This document shows positions 1-9,835 of a stretch of 64,000 nt of DNA, one piece after another. Origin of the DNA: an uncultured Acidobacteriota bacterium (GTDB taxonomy: Bacteria; Acidobacteriota; UBA6911). Positions within the stretch are counted from its first letter, which is position 1. Every line of letters starts with the position of its first letter. The notes under the pieces were generated by a model, which ran no database searches, had not been told where the DNA came from, and saw nothing but the letters and a program-made list of their open reading frames with translations. The stretch is from NCBI GenBank assembly GCA_963827655.1, contig CAWHCF010000046.1:96001-160000 (forward strand). Direction: 5' to 3'. The position numbers and the translations under genes are program-made.

Positions 1-1
1 C

Positions 2-1324
2 AAGAGGGCGCGGCTGGTTGACGCCTTGCTGGCGCGGCCCGAGTACACGGACTACTGGGCCTACAAATGGTCGGACATCCTGCTGGTCTCGAGCCGGAAA
101 CTGCAGGCCCGCAGCATGCGCGCCTACTACCAGTTCATCAGGGACAGCGTGGAGCAATCAAAGCCCTGGGACCGCTTCGTGCGCGAGATCCTCACGGCTT
201 CGGGCAGCAGCGCCGAAAACGGCGCGGCCAACTACTTCCTGGTGCAGAAGAGCGCCATTGACTTATCCGAGAATACGACTCAGGCCTTCCTGGGGATGCG
301 GTTGACTTGCGCGCGCTGCCACAACCATCCTCTCGAGAAGTGGACGCAGAAGGACTATTACGGATTCGCAAATCTTTTTTCGCGCGTGGCGCTGAAGAAC
401 AGTCCGGGCGGCGAGGTCACGGTCTTTTCGAGTGAATCGGGCGATGTCTTGCATCCGCGTCTTCTGGTTCCGATGCCTCCCAAACCGCTGGACGCGCCTG
501 CCGTTCCCCTGGATTCGACCGAGGATCGCCGCGAAGTCCTCGCTCGCTGGTTGACTTCAGGCGACAATCCGTTCTTTGCCCGCGTCACCGTCAATCGCAT
601 ATGGAAAAACTTCATGGGGCGCGGTCTGGTCGAGGCTGTGGATGATGTGCGCTCAACCAATCCGGCATCCAACGAGGAACTTCTGCAGGCTCTCACTCGT
701 GATTTCGTCGACCACGGCTTCGATGTGAAGCATCTGATTCGAACCATAATGAATTCCGGAACCTACCAGCTTTCTTCCGAGACTCCCAAAGGCGGCGTGC
801 CGGACGAGAAATACTATTCGCACTACATTATTCGACGCCTGCCCGCCGAAGTTATCCTGGATGCGATCTCGCAGGTCACCGGGGTGCCCCAGACCTTCGA
901 CGGCTACCCGCCAGGCACGCGGGCCCTGCAACTACCCGATACGCGGGTCGACTCCTACTTTCTCACGGTCTTTGGACGCCCGGACCGCATCATACCGTGT
1001 GATTGTGAGCGGCAGCAGGACCCGAGCCTCACGCAGGCGCTCCACCTGATCAATGGGGCAACGGTCAATCAGAAGATCATCAACTTGAATAGCCTCACAG
1101 AGTCGTACCTGAAGCTTGGGATGTCCGGGGAAATGGTTCTGGACCATCTCTACCTGGCAGCCCTGAGCCGCCTTCCGACGGCGGCGGAAAAGAAGGAAAT
1201 ACTGGGGGCGTTTCAGGAAGCCGAGGCGATGCCGGTTACGGCCTCGCAGAACCCCAAACGCGAATTCATCGAAGACCTGATCTGGGCAGTCATTTCCGGC
1301 CGTGAGTTTCTCTTCAACCATTAA
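2..1324 (+). CDS. DUF1549/DUF1553 (PSD1-type) domain protein, 5'-truncated by the window edge
   Basis: Open frame from base 2 (KRARLVDALLARPEY). Motifs FLGMRLTCARCHNHP, NPFFARVTVNRIW, NPASNEELL, RRLPAEVILDAI and C-terminal EFLFNH. Confidence 0.9.
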   Translation, partial: KRARLVDALLARPEYTDYWAYKWSDILLVSSRKLQARSMRAYYQFIRDSVEQSKPWDRFVREILTASGSSAENGAANYFLVQKSAIDLSENTTQAFLGMRLTCARCHNHPLEKWTQKDYYGFANLFSRVALKNSPGGEVTVFSSESGDVLHPRLLVPMPPKPLDAPAVPLDSTEDRREVLARWLTSGDNPFFARVTVNRIWKNFMGRGLVEAVDDVRSTNPASNEELLQALTRDFVDHGFDVKHLIRTIMNSGTYQLSSETPKGGVPDEKYYSHYIIRRLPAEVILDAISQVTGVPQTFDGYPPGTRALQLPDTRVDSYFLTVFGRPDRIIPCDCERQQDPSLTQALHLINGATVNQKIINLNSLTESYLKLGMSGEMVLDHLYLAALSRLPTAAEKKEILGAFQEAEAMPVTASQNPKREFIEDLIWAVISGREFLFNH

Positions 1325-1339
1325 GACGCCAGGGCGCAG

Positions 1340-2794
1340 ATGAAACGCGCTTTCTTTTATCTTTGTGTCTCGGGGTCTTTGTGGTGCTCCGTCCGCGCCG
1401 CGCCCCAAGCCGCGGACGCAGGAAAAGCGTTTGGTGTGTTGCGCGCGAACTGCCTGGCATGTCACGACAGGAAACTACACTCGGGCAAGCTGGTAATGGA
1501 AACCACAGCCGACCTCTTGAAAGGTGGGGCCAAGGGGCCGGCCGTCATTCCGGGAAAGAGTTCCGAGAGCCTGTTGATCAAAATGGTCCTGGGAGAGCTC
1601 ACCCCAAAAATGCCTTTGGAAGGCGAACTCAAGCCGGGAGAGATCGAAGTCCTGCGCCGCTGGATCGACGCGGGGGCTCCGGCCTGGTCTGCTGCGGACG
1701 CGGATCCGGAGAGGCTCGAGGTTCCTGACATCAAGCCTGCAGTGCCGCCGCGCTCTCAGGTCAGCAGCCTGGTCTTCAGTCCTGACGGCCAGTCGCTGGC
1801 TGTGGCAGGGTATCGCGAAGTGCGCCTGCTCGATCCCAAGACACTGCAGGCCAGGAGCGCGCTTCAAGGTCCCACCGATGTCGTGCGGGCGCTTGCTTAC
1901 AGTCCCGACGGAAAAGTCCTGGCCGCCGCCGGCGGCGGGCCCGGGAGGTACGGCGAGATCGTTCTTTGGAACTCTGCGGGGGAGCCGCTGCGAAAACTGC
2001 GGGGACATAGCGACTATGTCTACAGCATATCGTTTAGCCCGGAGGGGAAGATCCTGGCCAGTTCCAGCTATGACCGGCTGATCAAGCTGTGGGACGTCTC
2101 TTCGGGTGGTGAGCTGAAGACCCTGAAGGAGCACACCGATGCAGTCTTTCCCGTCGCCTTCAGTCCGGACGGCAAGCGCCTTGCATCCGGAGGAGCAGAC
2201 CGGACCGTGAAGATCTGGGACGTCGGATCGGGCCGGCGGTTATTTACCCTCAGCGATTCCACCGACGTGGTCTTGACCCTCGCCTTTCACCCCTCGGGAC
2301 AGAAGATCTCCGCGGCCGGGGCCGATAAGCAGATTCGAACCTGGTCCCTGACGAACGACGGTGGTTCCCTGTCGCAGACGATCATCGCGCATGAGGCCGA
2401 AATCACAAAGATTCTTTACCTGCCCGACGGCAAGAGGCTCGTCTCTGCCTCCGCCGATCGTACGGTGAAAATCTGGGACCTGGAAAAGGGCGAGGCGATT
2501 AAAGTCCTCGCGCAACAGCCGGACTGGGTGCTCGACATGACGCTCAGCCGCGACGGGAAAGCTGTTGCCGTGGGGCGCTACGACGGGTCGGTCGGCTATT
2601 ACTCGATTGCAGATTTCGGATCAACTCAATTGCGGATTGCGGATTTCGGATTGCGGATTGACTCGATTGCGGTTATGCGTGAGTATTTCGGAATATCTAA
2701 CGTTGAGACTCGGGAGTATCCAATGATGCCATTCCTTAAATCCGCAATCCGCAATCGCAATCGCAATCGCTCAATCGATCCGCAATCGTCATAG
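1340..2794 (+). CDS. Planctomycete-type cytochrome c domain + WD40 repeat protein
   Basis: Signal peptide, CLACH heme motif, GPAVIPGKSSESLL, about 7 WD40 repeats (GHSD..IKLWD, ADRTVKIWD). The C-terminal ~60 aa read through a heptamer repeat, so the true stop is uncertain. Confidence 0.85.
   Translation: MKRAFFYLCVSGSLWCSVRAAPQAADAGKAFGVLRANCLACHDRKLHSGKLVMETTADLLKGGAKGPAVIPGKSSESLLIKMVLGELTPKMPLEGELKPGEIEVLRRWIDAGAPAWSAADADPERLEVPDIKPAVPPRSQVSSLVFSPDGQSLAVAGYREVRLLDPKTLQARSALQGPTDVVRALAYSPDGKVLAAAGGGPGRYGEIVLWNSAGEPLRKLRGHSDYVYSISFSPEGKILASSSYDRLIKLWDVSSGGELKTLKEHTDAVFPVAFSPDGKRLASGGADRTVKIWDVGSGRRLFTLSDSTDVVLTLAFHPSGQKISAAGADKQIRTWSLTNDGGSLSQTIIAHEAEITKILYLPDGKRLVSASADRTVKIWDLEKGEAIKVLAQQPDWVLDMTLSRDGKAVAVGRYDGSVGYYSIADFGSTQLRIADFGLRIDSIAVMREYFGISNVETREYPMMPFLKSAIRNRNRNRSIDPQSS
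2604..2790. repeat. Inverted heptamer arrays (GATTGCG)n ... (CGCAATC)n
   Basis: ttgcggattgcggatttcggattgcggattg at ~2630-2660; aatccgcaatccgcaatcgcaatcgcaatc at ~2739-2768. Confidence 0.85.
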
Positions 2795-5151
2795 CTTTCC
2801 TTGTTCTTACCGCGACGGCGGGCGCCCAGCTGCGTCCGCCCACGGTTACTTCGGTTGCTCCTGCCGGCGTGCAGCGCGGGACCACCTTTACTCTGACGGT
2901 CGAAGGCGCCAACCTGGCGAATGCCAGCGCCATCCAGTTCAGCCATCCGGGTATCGCGGGCGAGATCACCAACATCATCGAACTTCCGTATCAACCCGTG
3001 GTCCGGCCCAGAGGCGCCACCGCTGCGCCCATTGAAGACCTTTTCGCGCTCCACCGATTGCTTGTGAAGGTTCACGTCGCCGAGACTATACCCGCGGGCC
3101 GGTATAACTTCCGCATAAAGACGCCGCTGGGGAGTACGAATACCGGCTCCTTCTATGTTGGATCGCTGATCGAGATCTTTGAAGCCGAGCCGAATAGCCC
3201 GCCGGCCGAAGCGCATAAGATCTTCTATCCGTCGACGGTCGTTGGAACGATTACCCGATCCGGCGACGACGATGTTTTTGAGTTCGATGTCGAGGCTGGA
3301 AAGACCCTGGTCTTTGAAGTCCAGGCCGCCGCTATCGGATCTAGCCTGGACTCCGAACTGACGCTCATCGACAGCCAGGCGACTGTGCTGGCGCGCAACA
3401 AGGATTTCAGCGGCAGACCCGATTCTTTCCTGTCGCACACCTTCGCTAACGCAGGTACCTACCGGGTTCGAATCGCCGACGCGATCGGAGGTGGCAGCGC
3501 GCGCCACAACTATCGCCTGAACATAGGCGCGCTGCCGTATCTCTCGAAGGTCTTTCCGCTCGGCTTGCGCCAGGCGTCTTCGGCAGAGCTGCAGCTGGAG
3601 GGAGTCAATCTGGATAACCTGGCGAAGCTGAAAGTAGACGCGCCGGCAGCTTCGGATTACGGTCAGACGCTCACGATCCAGCCCACGCTGCGCGGTCGCG
3701 AATCGTTGAATGCCATGCGCGTCGCCATTGGCGAGCATCCGGAAATCTCAGAGCAGGAGGACAACAATACCCCTGCGGCGGCCCAGCCTGTGACGTTGCC
3801 GGTATGCATTAACGGCAGAATCGACGGCGGTCGAGGCTCCCCGGACAAGGATGTTTTTCGCTTCACGGCGAAAAAAGGGGAGCGAGTTTCCATGACGGTT
3901 CTGGCGCAACGCCTGGGATCGCGTTTGGATTCTATCCTGGAGGTCTTCGATAGTGCCGGGAGCGCTGTGCCTCGTATCGTGGCGCGTCCGGTATGGCAGA
4001 CCTTCGTAACGCTGAACGATCCCGACTCTCTGCGGCGAGGCATGAGGATCGACTCGTGGGCGCCCCTCGGGATCGGCGACTACCTCATGGTGGGAAATGA
4101 GCTGGTGCAGGTGGAGGAGCTGCCCAAGAATCCTGATGATGACATCAAGTTGCGCAGTTACCGCGGGTCGCGTGTCGCCTACGAAGGAACGACTCCGCAG
4201 ACCCACGCGATGAATACGCCGGTTTACAAGGTGGAGCTGCGCAAACCGGACGACACCTTCGCTCCCAATGGCATGCCGCTTTTCCCCATCCACTACCGGA
4301 ATGATGACGGCGGCCAGAATCTGGGCAGAGACTCCTGGCTGGTGTTCGAGGCCCCTTCGGACGGCAACTACTTCGTGCGCATCCGGGATGTTCGAAATTC
4401 CCAGGGGAATGACTACGCTTACCGGCTCACTCTGGCTGCGCCACAGCCGGACTTCACCCTAACCGTGGATACCAAGAACCCCAACATACCGCGCGGCGAC
4501 GCCGTTCCACTCACGGTAACGGTCACCAGGCTGGATGGGTTCGATGGTCCGGTCGACCTCGAGATTCTGGACCTGCCCGAGGGGATAACTGCGACGGCGG
4601 GACGAATTCTCCCGGGCGCCACTAACGCAACCCTGATCCTGCGGTCCGCGGCGGACGTGAAGCTTCCCGAGCGGCTGGTGCCGTTTCGCGTTAAAGGAAA
4701 AGCAATCGTTGACGGACATGTGCGAGAACACTGGGGTGATAACTCCAGCCCAACGGATGATTCGGTGAGCGGGCTTTCGGTGAGCGAGCCTCCGGAGTTG
4801 CTGGTAACCTCGGCGGAACCCAAAGAGATCGTGCTGGAGCCCGGGCAACAAGCGGCCGTAACCGTCTCGATAGCACGGCAGCGCGGCTTTTCGGGGCGCG
4901 TGCCGGTCGAGGTACGCAATCTGCCGCTCGGCGTGATTGTGCCCGATATCGGGCTCAACGGAATTCTGATCACCGAGAGCGAAACCAGCCGCGTATTTCA
5001 CATCCAGGCAGATCCCAGGACCGGTCCTCTGGAACAAACCCTTTACCTCGTGGGGCGCATTGAGACCAATTCGCCCAACTCAACGGAACACGCCTCCACG
5101 GCGATTCGTCTGAAAATAATTCCGAAGAGTACGCAAGTAAGCCAGAAATAG
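2723..5151 (+). CDS. Secreted PPC (pre-peptidase C-terminal) repeat protein; 1-nt frameshift near the 5' end
   Basis: GGAG RBS then ATG at 2723. After a 1-nt shift it reads SAIVIAFLVLTATAG-AQ (signal peptide), then PPTVTSVAPAGVQRG, E.EPN motifs and D.D.F.F/LDS.L.L.D PPC repeats. Track ORF is 2869-5151. Confidence 0.8.
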
Positions 5152-5412
5152 CGTCTTGTGGTTAGCTGCGAAACAATACCACCAAGACGCAAAGACACGA
5201 AGAAACACCAAGAATCCTTGTCAAGAGGGCCTTGGAGACGGGACGGCTGGAGCAGCTGCTCGAGGAAGGCAAAAGCACAAGTCCCGAGTTCGTCTCCGCC
5301 TTGAGAGACCTCCGCCAGCTTCGACAGGAGCACGCGATAGTTTCTTAGCGTCTTCGTGTCTTCGCGGTTAGCGCTGCGACAACGAATACCACTCGACTCA
5401 AAGACACGAACA
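5152..5412. repeat. Palindromic repeat family A, two copies flanking a ~125-bp insert
   Basis: ggttagctgcgaaacaataccaccaagacgcaaagacacgaag and tcttcgtgtcttcgcggttagcgctgcgacaacgaataccac. Confidence 0.8.
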
Positions 5413-5480
5413 AAATTTCCCGATTACTACCGCGGCATCCCCGATGTAGACTAAAAATGCTGCTTGAGAACGGAGGCCCT

Positions 5481-5909
5481 ATGGCGAAGAAGCGAATGCG
5501 CGAGGTTGTCTCTGAATTCCCCGGTCCGGATTACCTGAGAGCAAAGCAGGAGGGGGGATGGAGACTGGTAGCGCTCGAATGGGAGCGCGAAGCGGAAGAC
5601 ACTGAGCGGGCTCCCAGAGAAGAAGTCCCGTTCGGTCTGAAGGTGGCCGATGATTGCGTGCACCTGGAAGAAGATCCTGATGAGAGGCAGGCGCTGCGGC
5701 TCATGCTGGACTTGATTGTCGATGACGAGATCCCTCTGTCGCGCGTCAGCAACGAGCTGAACCAGAAGGGCTTTCGTACGCGGTCGGGTTCAAAGTGGAC
5801 CCAGGTCGCCGTGTTCGACATGCTCCCGCGGTTGATTGAATCGGCGCCCCGCATCTTTTCGACCGACGAGTGGGCGCTTCGCAAGCGCCACTACGCAGGT
5901 CCGCTGTAG
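5481..5909 (+). CDS. Stand-alone Recombinase-type DNA-binding domain protein
   Basis: GGAGG RBS before ATG 5481. VPFG...E...LSRVSNELNQKGFRTRSGSKW resembles the recombinase domain of large serine recombinases; no catalytic domain. Confidence 0.65.
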   Translation: MAKKRMREVVSEFPGPDYLRAKQEGGWRLVALEWEREAEDTERAPREEVPFGLKVADDCVHLEEDPDERQALRLMLDLIVDDEIPLSRVSNELNQKGFRTRSGSKWTQVAVFDMLPRLIESAPRIFSTDEWALRKRHYAGPL

Positions 5910-5944
5910 ATCACCGGTCTTTTTTGGCGTCTTCGCACGCTCGC

Positions 5945-7345
5945 CTACAGTCGCGGGCGGTTTTGAGCCCAGGGGCGAGCAGCCTCGAATTGAGCGCAGA
6001 AGTTCAGCACCAATTCATCCGCATAGCGCGGGCCTACAACCTGTAGCCCGACAGGTAATCCTTCGGAGGTAACGCCGCACGGTAAGCTTGCCGCCGGATT
6101 GCCCGTGAGATTAAAAGGGTAAGTGAAAGGAATCCAGCCCAGAGCATCGATGCTCGTTCCCGCGATCTCGCGCGGCGGGTTTTCGATCGGGAATGGCGCC
6201 ACGGCCACCGTCGGGGTCAGGAGAAGATGGTGATCGGAGAAAAAATCGCTCAGATGCGCCGCCAGCTCGTCGCGGCGCGCTAGCGCGGCAAAATACTGCG
6301 ACGCGGTGATTCCGGTTCCATTTTCAATAAACTTTACCAGACCTTTATCCATGAGCTCCCGGCTGCTCTCCAGCTCCTCGCGGTGCGCGCCCGTGTTTTC
6401 CGCAAGAACAATGGTCTCGAACACCTCCCGAGAAGGACTCAAGTCGACGTCAACGTTCTCCGCTTTGTGACCCATTTCTTCGATCAAGGGAAGGACGGCT
6501 TCGACAACGCCGGCAACGACGCGATCGACGCGAGCGAAGCCCAGGTCGGCGCTGTAACCGATGCGTAGTTCCCGGCGCGGACGTTCCAGCGCACGCAGAT
6601 TACTCGAGCTGCTCGCAGGAACGGAATTTCGATCCCTTTCATGGTGCCCGGCCATCACGTCGAGCATGGCTGCGGCGTCGCCCACGGTCCTGGTGATCGG
6701 TCCCGTGTGAGAAAGGGTCTTCCATCCCCGGAAGCCAGGAACATTGGGAACTCGCCCGAAGGTGGGCTTCAGTCCGAAGACTCCGCAAAAGCTGGCGGGA
6801 ATCCGGATCGACCCGCCGCCGTCCGTCCCCAAGGAAAGCGGAGCGAGTCCGGCTGCCGTCGCCGCGGCGGCTCCACCGCTCGATCCTCCGGGTGTGCGCT
6901 CAGTGTTCCAGGGGTTACGTGTGGGCCCGAAAAGCAGGTTTTCGGTGGTGGCCTTGTAGCCGAATTCCGGCGTGTTGGTCTTTCCCAACAGTATCGCGCC
7001 CGCCTCACGCATCCTGGAAACAGAGATCGCATCCTCAACCGGAACATGGTGCTCATGAATGCGGGATCCCGCGGTCGTCCTGGTTCCGCGGGTAAAAACC
7101 AGATCCTTTACCGAAAAAGGCACGCCGTGGAGCAGGCCTAACTCGTCCCTCCGCTGCAGCTTTTCATCCGCTCGCCGCGCCGCGCCCAAAGCCTCGGCCT
7201 CACAGATCGTGACGTAAGCATTCAACTGCCGGTTCAATCCGGTGATTCGCTCCAGGAATGCCTGGGTCACTTCCAGCGCGCTGAGACTCTTGCGGCGTAT
7301 TTCCTGGGCCAGCACGACCGCGGGCAAGAAACAGAGATCAGACAT
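5945..7345 (-). CDS. Amidase signature family protein
   Basis: LHGVPFSVKD, GKTNTPEF, PGGSSGG, GTDGGGSIRIPAS, GLPVGLQVVG. Confidence 0.95.
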   Translation of the reverse strand: MSDLCFLPAVVLAQEIRRKSLSALEVTQAFLERITGLNRQLNAYVTICEAEALGAARRADEKLQRRDELGLLHGVPFSVKDLVFTRGTRTTAGSRIHEHHVPVEDAISVSRMREAGAILLGKTNTPEFGYKATTENLLFGPTRNPWNTERTPGGSSGGAAAATAAGLAPLSLGTDGGGSIRIPASFCGVFGLKPTFGRVPNVPGFRGWKTLSHTGPITRTVGDAAAMLDVMAGHHERDRNSVPASSSSNLRALERPRRELRIGYSADLGFARVDRVVAGVVEAVLPLIEEMGHKAENVDVDLSPSREVFETIVLAENTGAHREELESSRELMDKGLVKFIENGTGITASQYFAALARRDELAAHLSDFFSDHHLLLTPTVAVAPFPIENPPREIAGTSIDALGWIPFTYPFNLTGNPAASLPCGVTSEGLPVGLQVVGPRYADELVLNFCAQFEAARPWAQNRPRL

Positions 7346-7373
7346 GGAAAACCATCTTACATTACTTTCGGTT

Positions 7374-7510
7374 GCTTCGCGTTTCTTCGAGTCTTTGTCT
7401 TACTAGTGCGAAATAACTTCTACTTTTTGGCAAGATCGGTGGTCTTCGGTCTTTGAGTCTCGTGGATTTGCTAGACAGCTCTAGCCACCAAGCACGAAGC
7501 ACGTAGAAGC
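7374..7510. repeat. Palindromic repeat family A (degenerate)
   Basis: tttcttcgagtctttgtctt; ggtcttcggtctttgagtctcgtgg...ccaccaagcacgaagcacgtagaag. Confidence 0.6.
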
Positions 7511-7610
7511 CTGAGCCTTGGGTTGCGGAATCACTGCTGCGCGAATCTTCGTGGTTGGTTTTTGGTTACGCCCCACTAACTCCTGTTGTGGTACGCTGGG
7601 CGCGGTCGTG

Positions 7611-8630
7611 ATGACGGACAATTCCTATTTGATCAGTTGCGACTGGGGGACATCGGCCTTTCGCCTCCGGCTGCTCCAGGGGACGGAGTCGCCCAAGATC
7701 CTCGCGGAACGCTCGACCTCGCGGGGCATCTCTACCTTTTCGGCTGGAGAAGTCGACGAGTTCCAAAACTACCTCATCCTGGAGTTGGATCGGCTATTCC
7801 GCAGCGCGCGGCGTTCTCCGGAGCCTATCCCCGTGTACCTGTCGGGAATGATAACGTCGACTCTGGGATGGAAAGAGCTTCCATACGCCGAGCTTCCTTT
7901 CCCGCTCGAAGGCTCGCGCGCCGTGGTCGCGCGCACTGTTCTGCAGCGCGTCTACGGCAACCATGCCCTGGTTTTCTTCTCCGGAGTTAAATCCGCCGAT
8001 GATGTCCTGCGCGGAGAAGAGACCGAATTGCTGGGGATCATTCAGGATCCCGAGCTTCGCAAATGGCATAAATCGAGCGTGGTGCTTCTTCCCGGTACCC
8101 ACAGCAAAGTGATCGAACTCGAGGACCGGGCGATTGCGGGATTCCGGACTTATCTCACCGGTGAGCTCTTTCAGGTCTTGCGGCGCAATAGCATCCTCAG
8201 GCACTCGGTCGACGTCGAACCGGAGAAGGATGAACTTGCCTGGGAGCTCTTCCGATCCGGTGTCGAACGCGCGCGCCAATCAGGTTTGCTGGAATCGCTC
8301 TTTACCGTGCGCAGCAACGTTCTCCTCAAACGGATTCCCCCGAGTGTTAATACCTTTTATCTCAGCGGGCTGTTGATCGGCACCGAGGTGGCATCGGTTC
8401 ACAATCGGTATCCGTCCCCCAGGTCCATCATCCTGGGTGGAACCCGCAAACTTCAGGAGTTGTATCACTGTGCTTTTCAGGTTTTGAATGACAGCTCGAG
8501 AGTGCATCTCGTTTCGGAGGAAGTGACTTCGATCGCGTCCGCGCTCGGCCACTGGAGCCTCCGTGCGGTGGTGGAAAATGATTCGGTTGGTTTCACTCGA
8601 CAGGAGAGCCAAACACAAAGCGACCCTTAG
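7611..8630 (+). CDS. dgoK: 2-dehydro-3-deoxygalactonokinase
   Basis: ISCDWGTSAFR, SGMITSTLGWKELPY, DVLRGEETE, LPGTHSK, TYLTGELF, YLSGLLIGTE. Confidence 0.85.
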   Translation: MTDNSYLISCDWGTSAFRLRLLQGTESPKILAERSTSRGISTFSAGEVDEFQNYLILELDRLFRSARRSPEPIPVYLSGMITSTLGWKELPYAELPFPLEGSRAVVARTVLQRVYGNHALVFFSGVKSADDVLRGEETELLGIIQDPELRKWHKSSVVLLPGTHSKVIELEDRAIAGFRTYLTGELFQVLRRNSILRHSVDVEPEKDELAWELFRSGVERARQSGLLESLFTVRSNVLLKRIPPSVNTFYLSGLLIGTEVASVHNRYPSPRSIILGGTRKLQELYHCAFQVLNDSSRVHLVSEEVTSIASALGHWSLRAVVENDSVGFTRQESQTQSDP

Positions 8631-8691
8631 GGTATCGCCCCCAGGATGGTTGACGATCACCGCGGTCGCTTTTCTCTTGAGTGGAGGCGCA

Positions 8692-9690
8692 ATGTCGGAT
8701 CCGCAATTGGCTGGCTTCCACTATTCCGTTTTGACCGACCCCGAAAGCCAGTGGAAGGTTCACGAACTGTCTTATCGTGACGCGAAAAATCCCGGTCGCA
8801 CTGTCATCGCGCGCATCGTTCCCGCTGGAGGAAGCAACCTGGTCTCGCTCGAAGTCGACGGCACCGAGATGCTGCGCACTCCTCCCAAGATCTCCCAGGC
8901 AGCCGGCGTAGGTTACGGAATTCCAATCCTCTACCCGACGCCCAACCGGGTGAGGGACAGCCGGTTCATGTTTGACGGAAGGACCTTTCAGTTCAAACCC
9001 AATGAGCGCTCCAATTTCATCCATGGGCTTGTTAATCGGGCCGAGTGGAAAGCCGATCCTCCCGTAATGAGAAGCGATGGCGTCTCGCTGAAAACCTATA
9101 TCGATTTCGACCAGAAATCTCCGAACTTCTCCCTGTTTCCCATCCTGAATCGACTCACCATGACCTATGCGCTCGCGACCGACGGTATTCTCATGAGCTT
9201 TGCGGTGGAGAATCGAGATGGACGCCCGCTTCCCTTCGGTTTTGGCCTTCATCCCTATTTCAGAATCCTGGGAGACCGCGGCCAGACTTACCTTCAGGTT
9301 CCTGCCGAACGTCACATGGAAGCGGAAGGACTCTTGCCCACCGGCAAGCTGCAGAGCCTCGAGGGCGCACCTTTCGACCTGCGCCAGCCCACATCGCTGG
9401 GGGACCTGAAGCTGGACGATGTCTACTGGGGAATGGTCCCCGAAAGACCAGCCGGCTATGAATTCCGCGACCGGGGAATCCGCGTGACTCTTGAGGCTTC
9501 GGAGTTGTTCACTCACGCGGTGGTCTATACGCCGCAAGGCCGACCCTATTTCTGCATCGAAAACCAGACCTGCTCGACGGATGCGCATAACCTTCATGGG
9601 CAGGGTTTCGAACGGGAAGCCCATCTGATCGTTTTGAAGCCGGGGGAGAGCGCGACTGGAAGCGTTCGGATTCGGGTCGGCAAACTCTAG
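8692..9690 (+). CDS. Aldose 1-epimerase family protein
   Basis: GIPILYPTPNRV, IHG, FGFGLHPYF, LDDVY, FCIENQT. GGAGG RBS before ATG 8692; an upstream start is possible. Confidence 0.9.
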   Translation: MSDPQLAGFHYSVLTDPESQWKVHELSYRDAKNPGRTVIARIVPAGGSNLVSLEVDGTEMLRTPPKISQAAGVGYGIPILYPTPNRVRDSRFMFDGRTFQFKPNERSNFIHGLVNRAEWKADPPVMRSDGVSLKTYIDFDQKSPNFSLFPILNRLTMTYALATDGILMSFAVENRDGRPLPFGFGLHPYFRILGDRGQTYLQVPAERHMEAEGLLPTGKLQSLEGAPFDLRQPTSLGDLKLDDVYWGMVPERPAGYEFRDRGIRVTLEASELFTHAVVYTPQGRPYFCIENQTCSTDAHNLHGQGFEREAHLIVLKPGESATGSVRIRVGKL

Positions 9691-9758
9691 AGGTATTTTT
9701 TCCGCAGCGCTAACCACGAAGACACAAAGGTTCGTTCGGGGACTTCGCCCCGAACGAA
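9691..9758. repeat. Family A half-element followed by a perfect 11-bp hairpin
   Basis: ggtattttttccgcagcgctaaccacgaagacacaaag, then ttcgttcgggg-acttcg-ccccgaacgaa (9731-9758). Confidence 0.7.
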
Positions 9759-9835
9759 AGGGCCCCTTGTGAACGACAACATGTTAGTTTGAACGTTTCG
9801 CTAAGCGCCTAAGAAACAAACGCCAAGGGTCTAAA

